Assembly (NCBI GenBank): GCA_964106915.2
Contig: OZ066921.1
DNA length: 64,000 bases
Strand: one strand, 5' to 3'
DNA from: Podarcis gaigeae
Lineage: Eukaryota
A program made the position numbers and the translations under genes. The notes under the pieces were generated by a model that made no database searches, was not told where the DNA came from, and was given only the letters and a program-made list of their open reading frames with translations. Shown one piece after another: positions 36,848 to 50,835 of the stretch (the first letter of the stretch is position 1; each line of letters begins with the position of its first letter).

Positions 36848-39469
36848 CTGGAGAGGGAAAGGAAAGATCATGTTGGAGGTCAACAGCGGGGATCATTCTG
36901 TTGTAACTTAAGGGTTAATTCTGTTGCCAAGAAGCCAGCTAACCAAGAGGGGCTGGAGCTGTTGCTTAGCATCCAATCAGAGTGGGATGGTCTTTGCTGA
37001 GGTAGCACTTATTGTGATTGGCTATGTAATTCTGAGGGAGTTTTCTCCCCTGTACGTTTGATTGAATATCTAACCCTTCTATGTACCAGGAAAATTTGGA
37101 GGAACACTGAAAAAACTCCTATTCAATATTTTGTCCTTTGGGAAAAAAGACTTTTTAATACAAGGTTTTACTCACTTAAAATGTTTAGTATGAATATATT
37201 CATGTCCCCTCAATCAACAGCATTAGAGAACAATAATTCATATGTACACTATAAACATATACAACACTCAAATCCTAGATAAATTTCTGCATCTAGGAGC
37301 ACCTTCGTTGCTTGTGAATTGCTGCTTGGTTTCTTCCGGCGACCTGTTTTAAGCTTAGATATACTAGAAGCAAGTATCCCAGATCTGCTGTCCTTTTGAC
37401 TGGCACCTCCTTTGACCAGCACATTTTCATATCTCCCTTCAAATGACTGTGACATGTCTATTCAAAGTATGCACACTTTGGGGGCTGCAACCCTGTGTGT
37501 GGTTTCTTGAGATGAAAGCACCTCTAAAGAGTGCATCTTACTTTTGGGTTAACACATAAAGGATTGCTCTGTAAATTTAATAAATACGCCAAATATTACA
37601 TGCTAAGTTATAAATGCCACATCTCAGCCTGTTAAAGTAGGAAAATAATTGAGGTTTGATAAGAAAGTATTGCATGTATTTAAATCCCCCCTCCCAAAAA
37701 AGTTTTCAGGTATTTCTTCACCGTCAAAAATATGCCCCCACAAGACTACAAAATGTCCCTATATTTTACACTCTATTCCTAAACGAAGCCAGTTAAGAGC
37801 CAAGGCTGGAGCAGCAAGCAAGTCAATCAAGAGCTGCAACCGCCACTTTGTGGATGGGTAAAGCTGGAACATAAGTAGAGTCCTGTTGGATGAGCCCCAA
37901 GGCCCACCTAGTCCAGCATTTGGTACTTACAGTAGCCAACCAGATGTCTGTGGGAAGCCAAGAAGTAGGGCATGAGCACAGTAGCCCCCTGGAGCATTTA
38001 CATTCACTTTTTGTGCAAACCTGGCAGTTGTCTGAAATGCAGACTGTTGAGTCTCTCAAGACACCGCCAGGGAGTTGCAGAACATGACTAATACAGGAGG
38101 ACAAACAACTTCACAGTGTCCACGAAGTGATGGGTGACAGGGGCAGAGAGGTAAGAATGGGGGTCCAACCAAGTAGAGGAAACTGCTGGGTTTCATTCTT
38201 GGTTTCGGGGGGGGGGGGGAGAGAGGCTTGTATAGATCACAGCAGGGATGGCTGGGTTTGGTTCCGTTACCTGCTGAGGAGGAGAAGCACCAGTCTTATT
38301 TATAGGCAGGGGTCTGATAAAGAAAGAAGAAAGGCACAAGAGAGGAGATCAATCCTTCGCAGAGATCCATTAGGTACCTCTTGCGGAGACCTGGTGGGCA
38401 GGTTCTCCTGTGATCTAAGGGTCTAGCAGAAGGAGGCTGGGGATCAGGAGAAAACATTCACCCAGATCCAACTGGGGTTAGGGACCCAGAAGATTTTTTG
38501 CTTCACCCTCAAAGAGTCTGCTGGCTCTCTCTGCTCTCCATCGCTCGGCGCATCCCTTTCCCTGCTCCTCCTGCCTACTGGCAGCATGTGCCACTCTGCA
38601 TCTTTTGGAAGATCTTCAGCCACCTTGGAGCCCTATGGCACAGGAACCTAGGAGGCTGCCTTATACCATGTCGGAATATTGGTCTATTTCGCTCAATACT
38701 GCCTGCTCTGAAAGGCAGCAGCTCTTTGGGAGGAGTCTTTCCTAGTTCCACCTGGAGATGCAAGGGAATTTCTGGATCCCAGAGGAGTAGCAATGCCACT
38801 TGCGAGAGGCTATTGCTGCAGCTCCACCCTAAGTGGGCAAGCAGCTGCTGGGACCGTGTCTACCCTGCAAGCCTCTCACAAGGAAAGAATCCAACGCTCA
38901 GTGCAGAATTCCGCATTCCAAGATCCTCAGCTTTCTCTCCCTCTCTCTGCAAAATATAAATTGCTTTGTTCCCAAAGGTAGCAGCCTCCCTTTGCTCCAA
39001 AATTCATTTAGCCTGGGATGGGGAACCTGTGGCCTCCCACTGGTGTCAGGCTCCAACTTCCACCAGCCTAAGCCAGTATGGCCAATGGTCTGGGACAATG
39101 GGATGTGTACTCTGACAACCTGTGAAGTTCCACAGGTTCTCCAACCCTGCATTAGACACATACACACACATACACCAGCGTTCCTTTGGTACCTCCTGCA
39201 GATGGGCCAGGACTATTGGAGTTGCACCGTAAGAACAGTCATACTGGATCAGGCCACACGCCCATCTAGTCCAGCATCTTGTTCTCACCGTGTGCTATGG
39301 ACAGCCTGCAAGCAGGGCCATTAAAGCGAAATTTGTGGGGCATGAAGTTAGTGGGGTAACTGAATGCTAACACAGCAGCAGTGCCTTGAAGCTTCCTTCC
39401 CAAATGGTCCACCATGCCCCGGTTGCAGATTTCTAATTTCCAGAAATTGCCACAGCCTCCTCCCCTCAC

Positions 39470-39542
39470 CTGAGCCAATGCGCGCCCTTGACATGGTGGG
39501 CGAATCGATTTTGTGTGTCGGCACCGTCAGGTAGTTGTTTAT
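39470..39542 (-). CDS. SLC9A1: SLC9A1 exon 11 (73 nt)
   Basis: [24 protein letters not shown]; ttccag|ATA and G|gtgagg. Confidence 0.97.
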
Positions 39543-39835
39543 CTGGAATCAGAAACACAGCAGCCATTAATTAAAGGGCTCTTCACCTCAGAGACTCCAA
39601 TGACGTCTCCCCTCTTATCTTCCTCTCTTCAAGATGAACTTGAGAAGAACCTGCTGGGTCAGATCAGTGGCCGATCTAGTCCAGCATTCTGTTCTCACAG
39701 TGGCCAAATAGATGCCCCTGGGAAACCCTTGAGAACAGGATTTCCCCCCCTCCTTTGGTTTCCAGCAACTGGTATCTGGAAGCCACTGAAGAGAAGCTCG
39801 CACTTTGAACCTCCACCCCAAACTCTCCACTATTA

Positions 39836-39961
<126 letters not shown>

Positions 39962-41565
39962 CTAGAACAGAACTCAAAAGAGGTTACATATACACACAGA
40001 GAGAGCCCCCACACCCTCCCGGCTGCCATTTGTGTGAAGACAGTGTGGTTTCTAGGGCAGATGTGTGGGGTGGGAAATACAACTAGTACTTGTAAAATGA
40101 CAACAGTTATTCAAACAGAGGCTATTGACTTTAACCAGAGGTGCCCAAATTCCAGCAAGTTTTGAGCTAAGCCACTCTTCCTCTGGGATTATGAGAAACG
40201 AACTCTTTGACCATGACTTGCTCAGTAAAAATGTGTCTGTCTCCCAATCGATTGCAATGGAAAACCCAGCTAGATTTCTGTTGCTGTAACATTAGTCTTT
40301 TCCATCCAAACAGTATAAAATCTGCAGATATTCAGCCAACATGCCTGAAGAATTTCAGGCAGGGGGTCAGACAAAAGGGTCGCAGCGTTATAGGCAACTG
40401 GGAAAAAGTGGACAAACATAATAACCTAATGATTATCTTAACTAAAGAGAGTTTCCCCACCGTGCCAGTTTCACAGCTTTCTCTCTTTCCCCAATTTGTG
40501 ACTTTTTCGCAAACTGTAGATAGAGCTCTAGCCCATCTCTTCAATGCCACCAATGCAAAGCAACTAAAAGCGAATAAAACAGCTGAACAAATTTTTGTTT
40601 TGCTTTCATTCATTCAAACTACTAATTGTTTTTACTATACAGAGAAAATAATCTTTTGTTTAGCCATTGTTGCTAACGCATAGGGGTTCACCAACTCTGA
40701 TTTTGACAATTCCCCACTGTTTGAATCACTATTGTTTTGTTTGAATGGGATCATCCCCTAGGTTTCAGATGCCGATGATCTGGGATCCTCTTTGCCCACA
40801 AAATCTGGGGGTGCTGTCATCTCACTTGCAAGAGTGAACATTTATCTTCTCTTGCAGCTTCCCAACACGCTGAAGGCTTTGCAATGCCCCTCTTAGCAGA
40901 CAGGTGGCAGCAGCTGTTCCTTCAGACTTCCCCCTTTCTCAAATGCCTTGTCTACCATCATAAGGTTGGGCATAGTTGGGCACAGGAAGATGCAACAGGT
41001 GTGTCCCCAAAGAGGCCCCTCCTCACGGCTCATTTCTGCTAGGCCCCTGGAGGTGCACAGATCAGGAGCCCCATATGGCATCTGTTTCTGCTGTGCAAGC
41101 CTTACCGCTCCCCCCAGTCGAGTGTATCATTGCTCCAGGCACACGTGCTCATCTGCCTGATGACTACAGGTTCCATCCTCAGCTTGCAGTCCCATCACTG
41201 CCCATCTTTTAGCAGACTGGTCAATTTGCTGCCCCTACCTTTAAGCCAGACAAAGGCCTTTCTACCCTCAGAGTGATGTTCATTTATTGCCTTGTTTATT
41301 ACGTCAAATTGTTGAACCAAGCTGCAGATTTATCACATTCATCAATGTATCTGGCCAAGTAAGAAAGCAATTTTTTGTTTGCTTCGCCAGTTTGCTTGGG
41401 TTGCCAGCTGGCTGTAAATGCGGGTCCGGCCTGTAAATATTTTTGATGGACTGCGAGAATCGGAGGGATGGTGAGTGGGGGCCCCTGGAAGAAGGTGCAC
41501 TGGAAATAGCTCTGACCTACCACAGTTTTCCAGACCAAAGATGCTAACGGGGTCCTCTTTCTTAC

Positions 41566-41680
41566 CCTCTGTCTGGTTTTTTGCAAGTTGGTGCGCAAGA
41601 TCTTTCGGATTTCCTCCTCTTTGTCCTTTGACAGAGCTGGCAGGATGCGTTCCACAGGCAAAGTTTTCGGATTGATATTT
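41566..41680 (-). CDS. SLC9A1: SLC9A1 exon 9 (115 nt)
   Basis: [38 protein letters not shown]; tttcag|A and AGG|gtaaga. Confidence 0.97.
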
Positions 41681-41768
41681 CTGAAAGATTAAGAGAAGGT
41701 TAAAAAGCTTCAAAGGTTTGACCTCAAAATGCTCTATTACTAATCACAATTTATTCATCACTATAAAG

Positions 41769-41904
41769 CAGGCATCCCCAACCTGCGGCCCTCCAGATGT
41801 TTTGGCCCACAACTCCCATGATCCCTGGCTAACAGGAACAGTGGTCAGGGCTGATGGGAATTGTAGTCCAAAACATCTGGAGGGCCGAAGGTTGGGGGTG
41901 CCTG
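41769..41904. mobile_element. Hairpin hAT (Charlie-like) MITE
   Basis: Whole element palindromic (ggccctccagatgttttgg / ccaaaacatctggagggcc); perfect TSD ctataaag. Confidence 0.92.
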
Positions 41905-41919
41905 CTATAAAGCTTATAG

Positions 41920-42075
41920 AATTAGAGCACATGCTCTGCATGCAGGGGGTCCATGCAGAAGATAGGACTGGGAGAGAACCCTGCCTGAAACCCTGAAGAG
42001 CTGCTGTCAGTCAGTGTAGACAATATTGAGCAGGATGGGCCAATGGTCTGACTCAGTATAAGGCAGCTTCCTATG
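41920..42075 (+). mobile_element. Squam3-like tRNA SINE (other copies or fragments near 19860, 22040, 27152, 38640, 48540, 48715, 54660, 54853)
   Basis: Shared motif ctgaaaccctggagagctgctgccagtcagtgtagacaatactgag...ctcagtataaggcagcttcct; family name from recall. Confidence 0.7.
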
Positions 42076-42560
42076 AGAAGGTGGGGAAAGTTTTGTTGTG
42101 CAAGCAGAAATCCTTATGCTAACAGAATTAGTGTATAGGCCAGTAATACCAGGGTTTTTTTACAGCGGGATTTTTTAAAGGGTTAGCAAAGTAGCATAGT
42201 CGTACCTCGGAAGTTGAACACCTTGCGAGTTTAATGTTTTGGCTCCTGAACGCCTCAAAACCGGAAGTGAGTGTTCCGGTTTGCAAACATTCTTTGGCAC
42301 CCGAACATCCGATGCAGCTTCTGTGGCTTCCAATTGGCTGCAGGAGCTGCCTGCAGCCAATCAGAAGCCTCACCTTGGTTTTTGAACATTTTGGATGTCA
42401 AACAGACTTCCAGAACAGATTCCATTTGACTTCCGAGGTACGACTGTATATGTTAAGTGGTTTGAACACTCAAAAGCACTGTGTTTCCTCCAATCAGAGT
42501 AAGCCTTTCCCCCTTTAATGAATAAAACAGCCCCACCTCCCTTGCTCTCCATGATACTTA

Positions 42561-42773
<213 letters not shown>

Positions 42774-43120
42774 CTACAATAAGCATCGCCCACCCTGAAG
42801 ATTTTGGACAGCAGCCCCTAACATTTCCTGGCAACTGGCCATGTTGATTGGGGGCGATGGGTGTTCGAGTCAAATGACATGGGGTGTGTGGTGTAGCAGC
42901 ACAGGTTAGCCAGCCTGGGGTTTAGCTCATAAAAAATAGCACCATGTAACTTGCCCAGAGTCCTTGAGATTAAGCCCCCCCCCCCATGTTAATGTGGCAT
43001 CTTAGAAAACCGAAACCAAAGAATTCCCAAACGTGATTATTACAAAAATCCAGTTACAATGGTAGACAATAATAATTGTAAGCAACTTATTATTTTCTCC
43101 CCTAGCTCAGTAGCACTTAC

Positions 43121-43191
43121 TTGTCCTTCCAGTGGTGATGGCCATAGTGGCCACAGATGTCCTCAATCCCAGTCAAAAGATGATCCAAGAA
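43121..43191 (-). CDS. SLC9A1: SLC9A1 exon 7 (71 nt)
   Basis: FLDHLLTGIEDICGHYGHHHWKDK (CHP-binding helix and His cluster); aaatag|TTC and AA|gtaagt. Confidence 0.97.
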
Positions 43192-43747
43192 CTATTTGAA
43201 GGAGAGAGGAAAACAAAAAGTATGGATTTTGCCTCATCTACAGGGCACACCTGATCTCTGCAACAGAAGCACAACCTGGTGATGAAGTGATATCTCCTTG
43301 CCAACCCCCCTCCACGCTCCATCCCTTTCATCTGCAGTATTTTCCACCTAGGACAAATGTGACTGTAGTGGCAGCACACACAGAGCTCGTGGGTATTGTT
43401 TTAGCATGACACGGGCAGCAATGAGGGATGTAGCTCATTAAACGTTTTGGAGGAGAGGATATCATGGTCTGCTCTCACCCCGTTCCAGTGCAGCTCTAGC
43501 ATAGGATTTCTCTTTCACCGGCTGGTGAAGTTAAACAAACCCTGGAAAGATGTATGTGCTTCCTTTCCTGTGCTGCAGCACACATTTAACTAGTTAAAAA
43601 GGTGGGGTGGATGCAAACTTCCCATCTGTATAATAAAGGCCAGATATTGCACTATAGCTATCGAAAAGGCAATTGCAGCAAGGCTAAAATACAGCTTACT
43701 GACTGTGCAGGAATGTTCTTTAGCAATTCAACTGGGATGTGTGTGAG

Positions 43748-43752
43748 ACACA

Positions 43753-43798
<46 letters not shown>
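43748..43798. repeat. Compound (CA)n(GA)n microsatellite; others at 32819-32850 (GT/GC), 36396-36423 (GA), 47685-47710 (TTG), 55697-55733 (GT), 57214-57262 (TC/AC)
   Basis: Direct observation. Confidence 0.95.
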
Positions 43799-43800
<2 letters not shown>

Positions 43801-43826
43801 CAATGCTACACAGCATGCCATTAGAG

Positions 43827-43955
43827 CAGGCATAGGCAAACTCGGCCCTCCAGATGTTTTGGGACTACAACTCCCATCATCCCTGGGCCTGTCAGCTAGG
43901 GATAATGGGAGTTGTAGTCCCAAAACATCTGGAGGGCTACGTTTGCCTATGCCTG
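43827..43955. mobile_element. Hairpin hAT (Charlie-like) MITE; about 14 copies of this type in the window
   Basis: Near-perfect ~58-bp arms; perfect TSD cattagag; older copies near 1483, 20560, 30340, 33835, 34610, 35037, 39010, 42785, 51490, 52965, 56815, 59595. Confidence 0.92.
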
Positions 43956-44147
43956 CATTAGAGTATCATCCCTCAGCCTTTTCAGGCTGGGACTCATTAA
44001 TCCCAACCTAAAACAAATCAAAACTAGGTTCCATATTTAACATACATGTTCCTCTCTTTCTTCTCTTGGGGTTTTTCTAGTATTTACGCTTCGGACATAC
44101 TGGTTTAACTGTTGGCCCTTCCTCCCAAAGGAATTTTTTGCACAATA

Positions 44148-44934
44148 CCGTATTTTTCGCACGATAACACGCACCCGACCATAACACGCACATAGTTTTT
44201 AGAGGAGGAAAACAAGAAGAAGAAAAAATCTAAACGAAACAGTGGATGTATGATTTTTGTGGTTCATTCTGTGGCCACAGACATGTGATCTGACGGTGAG
44301 TTTGGGGTAGCCCAATGCAAAACTCCTGAGGATCCATGTGGATCCGTGCTTTGTAACCACGTTTTAAGTGGGGAGGGAAGGAAAAGCACTCAAGGGACAA
44401 GGAACACGCGTGGGGTGGGTGGAGAAGGATGCTGTTAATAATGCAGAAGAGGGGTATAAGAGGAGAAGGCTCCTCTCCTCTCCCGCTTTGCTCCTTTAAA
44501 GGCTCTGCTTCTCTCCCTCCTCCCGGTCCGCTGAAAAACTTTGCTACTATTTAGCCAGCTGAGTGGGGAGGAGAAGGGACAGAGAGCCTGATTGTGAAAA
44601 ACTTTGCTGCTATTTAGCGAGCTGTTCTCTCCCTCCTCCCCGGCTCGCTGAAAAAAACAGCTCCGGACTCGTGTAAGCGGCTCCTCTCCTCTCCGCTTTG
44701 CTCCTTTAAAGCAAGCAGGCTCTCTGTCCCTCTCTCCTCCCCACTCAGCGGCTCTTCTCCCGCTTTGCTGTTTCAAAGCGAGCCACGGAGGAGGGAAGGA
44801 AGGGGAACCATGGATCCTCTGCTCACGACTGCAGCAGATCCCCCCGCCATCCATAGGCATTCGCTCCATAACACAGACATTTCCCCTTACTTTCTAGGAG
44901 GAAAAAAGTGAGTGTTATGGTGCGAAAAATACGG
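44148..44934. mobile_element. Tc2/Kanga-like non-autonomous DNA transposon with internal duplications
   Basis: TA TSD; TIR ccgtatttttcgcac...gtgcgaaaaatacgg; internal repeats of tcctctcctctcc(c)gctttgctcctttaaa. Confidence 0.88.
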
Positions 44935-46554
44935 TATTTATTTATTTCATTTTGTTTCATAAAATGTATGTGCTGCTTCATTGGAAACTGCTTTGAGCTT
45001 CTTTAATTTTTTTACCAAGAGTACAAAACAATAACACTGTCAGTAAAAACAGTTAAAAGCAACAATTTAAAGAATTAACAAAATAAAACCAGGAATAAAC
45101 TAAAAACACATTAAAGCAGACATTGACATTCCACGTATCTGATTAGACTCGTCTAAACAAAAATGCTCTTAGCAGGGTCCAAAAAGAGAACAGTGAAGGG
45201 GCTTGCCTGGCGGCAATAGGGGTTACATGTCCAGGATGGTAGTTAGAGGCCTGTCAAAATTCTTGAACGCAAGTTACAGTTAGTTTCCAGAATTACAGGT
45301 GTGGGAGAGAAGGGAGCTAAGATCTAGTATTTTAAAAATTGTTATGCAGAAATATTCTCACCCCGCCCGTCCCCCAGTTGCCGCCACCACATTCTTCTTC
45401 TACAACTTTTTTAAAAAGCTACTAGTGTGGAAAAGTTACAGTTTATCTGCAAAAGCCTTCCCACTTTCTGTTGGTATATCTAACAGATTTTGAGTATTAC
45501 AACTTTATCAGATGGGCTGATCCTACGATTAGACAGAGTGAGGCAGTCTCATTAGGAAGCTGATTTTCAAAGGGCAGCAAAGGTTTGTTATTTTGCACTT
45601 TTCCTACCAGGGAGAGGAGAGGTGCTTGCTGGATTTTCATATTCAGGTGCTGAATAACTTGACAGGCCTTGGTGCTTGGCCTGGGGAACCAGTTGCTGTT
45701 TCACCTCTGGTAGCAAAAAATCTGGCCCTGAATTGCTATTTCTTAGCTTTGGTATGTGGAGATCCTTTTCCCCAGGCAAAGGAACTTATTATTCCAGAAA
45801 CAAGGGGCAAACCATCACAACTAAACCACTGGAATGCTTTTGCAAATAAACTATAGCATTTCCTCAGCATCTTGCAAATTTTGTTCTTTTGGAGTGTGAG
45901 TGGTTTAGAATTGGTACTGCCACCTTTCCCCCTGCCACTGGTGAGATCCATCTTAGGTGTGACCCACGTGGTCCTGACCCACTAGCAGGAAATAACTGAA
46001 TTTGAGGACACGGGTTACATGAAGTGCCTTGATCAGCTGCTAGGTGGCACAAGCAAGCTATACCAACCAGTGCTTTGTTGAATTAAGCTATGGGAAATCT
46101 TTGAGACAAGAAATACTGGATGATTTTAGGTGACATATTTCAGCTTCCAATAAATCTTTTTGTGTGTTGTTTTTTTAAAGTTACATGTTATTTTGTACTT
46201 TGTAAAGTGTAACTTGGAACCTGATATGAACTAGAAGAGTAGTAAGTATGGCTCGACAATCAGCCTATTACCGATTCATGTTATTTCATCCCACTTTTTG
46301 CAAACAAAACACAAAAAAACCACACATACCATCACATTTAAATTGTATACATTTTGTAGACATTCTTCCTCTAAAATAAGCATTGGGGGGTTCCTTTCCT
46401 CCCATAAAATATGCTTTTTGTGTGTGTTAACAGCATGACAAAATGTAGAGAAATGTATAATGTGATTGATAGCTCTGCTCTGATTTCCATGTCTAAGTCT
46501 GTGACAGGTGAATTAGGCCAGTTTGCTTTTCAATGCAAACTCTAGTATTAAGGC

Positions 46555-46722
46555 NNNNNNNNNNNNNNNNNNNNNNNNNNNNNNNNNNNNNNNNNNNNNN
46601 NNNNNNNNNNNNNNNNNNNNNNNNNNNNNNNNNNNNNNNNNNNNNNNNNNNNNNNNNNNNNNNNNNNNNNNNNNNNNNNNNNNNNNNNNNNNNNNNNNNN
46701 NNNNNNNNNNNNNNNNNNNNNN
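46555..46722. other. Assembly gap (168 N) in intron 6
   Basis: Run of N ending 13 nt from the exon 6 donor. Confidence 1.
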
Positions 46723-46735
46723 ACACAACTATTAC

Positions 46736-46825
46736 CTGAGTGTGAATTTCCTCATTGATGGACCTCTTAGTCTCTTGCTTTTTTTTCACAGCCAAGAGAT
46801 CTACCAAAGGGCGGATGGTCATTCC
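46736..46825 (-). CDS. SLC9A1: SLC9A1 exon 6 (90 nt)
   Basis: [30 protein letters not shown]; ccacag|GGA and CAG|gtaata. Confidence 0.97.
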
Positions 46826-47069
46826 CTGTGGAAACATAAGCCTGGTTGAATTCGGCACGCCTTAAATACGGACTCTAGACTGTGTTTGGTTGGATTAATT
46901 TAGCCTTTACTCCACTTTACTCCCCCATATCCCACTAGTTCCCGCCCCCTTTCTTGGGGGACCATTAAAAATGGTCTCCTTAAGTACAGTCTGGTCTACC
47001 ACCTCCTTTTGTTGCATGACCTCATTGCTGCCATGATGCCCCCAGGCCTGGGAAACAGAGGGGCTTCTA

Positions 47070-47312
<243 letters not shown>

Positions 47313-48085
47313 TTAAGGGAAAAGTAAAGTTCAGGGTCCATATATTGTCGCTACAGATGGGAAGGCAAAGAATTCTGCCATGTAGCTAAAAATTATGTCA
47401 AATTTGTATAATTTGGGTGGTATTTGACACTAGCCCTACGCAGTGCATGCTACCAAATTTGAATGAGGAATCACCACACACACACAGATGTGGCTCCAAT
47501 GAGGTTTGAAACGCAGTCTTTAAAAGCAGAGAGAAAGAGAGAGGCTCAGCCAATACATCTGGAAATCACTATGAACTACGTTTTTTGAGACAGGGATGAA
47601 CCTAGCCTCCTCCTGGGCTCACGCAACTCTCCCCCCCCCCCCTTCACCTCCTGCAAGGAAGAGTTTGAAAATTTCGCTTGATGTTTGTTGTTGTTGTTGT
47701 TGTTGTTGTTATTAGCCACCTTCTGTGATGTCTTCTGAACCTTACAAACCGTTGTTAATCTTAACTATTCTTAACTAACTTGAAACAAGCCAACTTCAAA
47801 AAAGCACAACTTCCGGATTCAAGTGCTAATGCTAAGCTGCAGCCGACTGAAATCAAAAGGTGGAGAATGTGAGGAAGATTAGGCTCATTCCCATCTTGAT
47901 AAATGATGGTTTCTCATGATGTCCAAAATGCAGCCATAATGTGCAAACGTGGAATACATGAAGCTCTCGACACAAGAAAAGCATTCAGATGCCTTGGGCT
48001 TGTTTGGGGGGATCCTTTTCCTGTTAAGCCTGCTGTCCTGGCCCTTTTCAGGCCTTAGACACCTGGGATTTGAGGCCTGCCTTCA

Positions 48086-48448
<363 letters not shown>

Positions 48449-48977
48449 TCAGGGAGGCCTTGTTACCTTTGCAGATTCTATACAGTCCACAACAGCCAAT
48501 TTCAACTGGGCCTAAGAGATTAAGGAATGGGCCAAAACCCTGTAGTAGATCACATGTTTTGTCTGCACGGAAGTCCCAGATTCCATCTGTGACATACCCA
48601 GTTAAAAAGCTTAGGGGCAGGAGAGACCTTTACATAAGTGTCAGAAAAGACACTTGGGGGGGGGGCTAGATCCCAGCGTAAAGATAGCTCCTTCCAGCTT
48701 ATAGTGGAAAGAGTGCATCTCAGTTGGTACAGCATCTGCTTTGCATGCAAAGGTTCAATCCCTGGCATCTCCCATTCGAAACCCTTGAAAGCTGCTGCCA
48801 GTCAGTGTGAGCTGAGTGGAGCAACAGTGAGACTTCATTCCCTGCCCAAAGAAACAGGAATGTCTGTGGGCAGGCTCATGCACACCAATACATCACTTGG
48901 GCTCCAGTGGCATTTCAAGCAGCATCACGCCAGTTGTAAAAAGTTATGGCTTCCCCCAAAGAATGAAGGGAAGTGTA

Positions 48978-49236
48978 CCGTATTTTTTGCTCTATAAGAC
49001 TCACTTTTTCCCTCCTAAAAAGTAAGGGGAAATGTGTGTGCGTCTTATGGAGCGAATGGAGGCTGCGCAGCTATCCCAGAAGCCAGAACAGCAAGAGGGA
49101 TTGCTGCTTTCACTGCGCAGCGATCCCTCTTGCTGTTCTGGCTTCTGAGATTCAGAATATTTTTTTTCTTGTTTTCCTCCTCCTAAAACTAGGTGCATCT
49201 TGTGGTCTGGTGCGTCTTATAGAGCGAAAAATATGG
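48978..49236 (+). mobile_element. Tc2/Kanga-like MITE
   Basis: TA TSD; TIR ccgtattttttgctctataagac...gtcttatagagcgaaaaatatgg; internal hairpin agccagaacagcaagagggat...atccctcttgctgttctggct. Confidence 0.88.
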
Positions 49237-49400
49237 TAGGCTGTTATAAGGGTGTTAAGAGGGAGGGCCGAAGGTTGAAGAAGGCTGCAGTAAAGCAACA
49301 GGGCCATGTATTCAAGTCTTGACAGCTTAAAATGGGGGTTGGGGGCCCCTAACTCCCTCTGCAGTGCTCCCATGGCCTTGTGCCCAGATTGGATTCACAT

Positions 49401-49521
49401 AATCATAGAGTTGGAAGAGACACTACTCCAACTTCAGACATGAAGGAATCTTTTGCCCAACATGGGGCTCGAACTCACAATCCTGAAATTAAGAGCCTCG
49501 TGCTCTACCAACTGAGCTATC
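49401..49521 (-). mobile_element. tRNA-Lys-derived SINE (second, degraded copy)
   Basis: Reverse complement matches 1298-1445 (atagctcagttggtagagca...gttcgagccccatgttgggcaaaagattcc). Confidence 0.75.
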
Positions 49522-50370
49522 TCTATTGCTTCTCCTTTGCCTGCTGGTTTCAAAGTATGCAAGTGGGGGCCACTGTTCCTTTTCTGGCTAATGCAATCCA
49601 GCCCGACGATGACTCACTTGTTGAGCTTGGTGGGGAGCTGTTGCTATGTCAGCCTCTAAGAAAACAGGGTTACAAAACAGGAAGAGACCATGTAATTTGC
49701 TGGACCAATTGGGAGAGCTTTCATACAGTGCAGGCTTCATACATGGAGACAATGCCTTTGTAGAAAAAGACTTGTACACTGGTGTGTGTCCGTGTGTGCG
49801 CATGCAAAAGGGAGATCAGGTGGAGAGCTGGGTAATTTGAAGCAGACCTGCAAGGGTTTCTCACCCCCAACAATAAAACAATAGCAAGTAAACTTGCACC
49901 AAGTTGAATAAAATATGGGGCCCCCACCCACTGCTGAAATGTTGCCAGGAGAACTTGTACACTGGGGGGCTCACTGCGGCATAATGGTAGGCCCAGCCCG
50001 AACACTTCCCCCTCCTATCCCCACCCAGATGCCAACAGGTGGCGGGGAGCTTGTGGGGCACTGGATCCGGGACAAGGGTGCTGGAGGGGAGGGGAGGGGA
50101 AGAGAGAGGGTGCCCTTGGAGAGATGAAAGATTGGGCAGCTTATCTGTGCTCTCACACAGCAGAAAAGGAGGCTGGGGTGGCTCAGCATGGTCAATTTGC
50201 AGAGGCCCGAAGAGGTCTAGGCCCCTTAGAGCTGGCGCCTATGGTTGCAGGTCTTTGTCCAGCTCTGCTAACTAACTTGAGAATTTTGTTTTAGAATTCC
50301 CGATCCACAGTGACTTATATGTAGGTCTTCACATACAGATGCATGCTATCCTAGTGGCTGCATTCACATG

Positions 50371-50532
50371 CAGTGGCGTAGCATGGGGGGTGTAGGGGGG
50401 GCCGGCCGCACCGGGCGCAAATCTGCGGGTTAGGGTGCGCAAATTCACGGGTTAGGGGGTGCAAATCCACGGGTTAGGGGGCGCAAATTACTTGCCTTGC
50501 CCTAGGTGCTGACAACCCACGCTACGCCACTG
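50371..50532. mobile_element. hAT MITE with internal 22-bp repeats containing GGGTTAGGG
   Basis: TIR cagtggcgtagc / gctacgccactg; perfect TSD ttcacatg. Confidence 0.92.
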
Positions 50533-50835
50533 TTCACATGTAACGTTTAGCACAAGGTTTGTTTTTGAGCTAGCGGCTGCTGTTTCGTTCTGGGTTTTAC
50601 AACTTGGTTGAATTTTTGTTTCTGCCCACCACATCGTTATTATGCACCAAAGGCCTGCATATAAGGATTGTACAGATTGTTAGCCTGAAATTAATAAACG
50701 CAATCAAGTTAGGTCACAAGGGATACACCCCTTTAGAAAGTCCTCCATACACCAAAGGTCTGCCTCCATCTAAGGCCGCTTCCTACATTCCAACTCAAAT
50801 GTGGCCTCCAAGCCCCCACACACCGCCATACTTAC

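Noticed and set aside
46493-46858. ORFs containing X runs
   Set aside because: Artefacts of translating through the N gap; only the exon 6 part is real.
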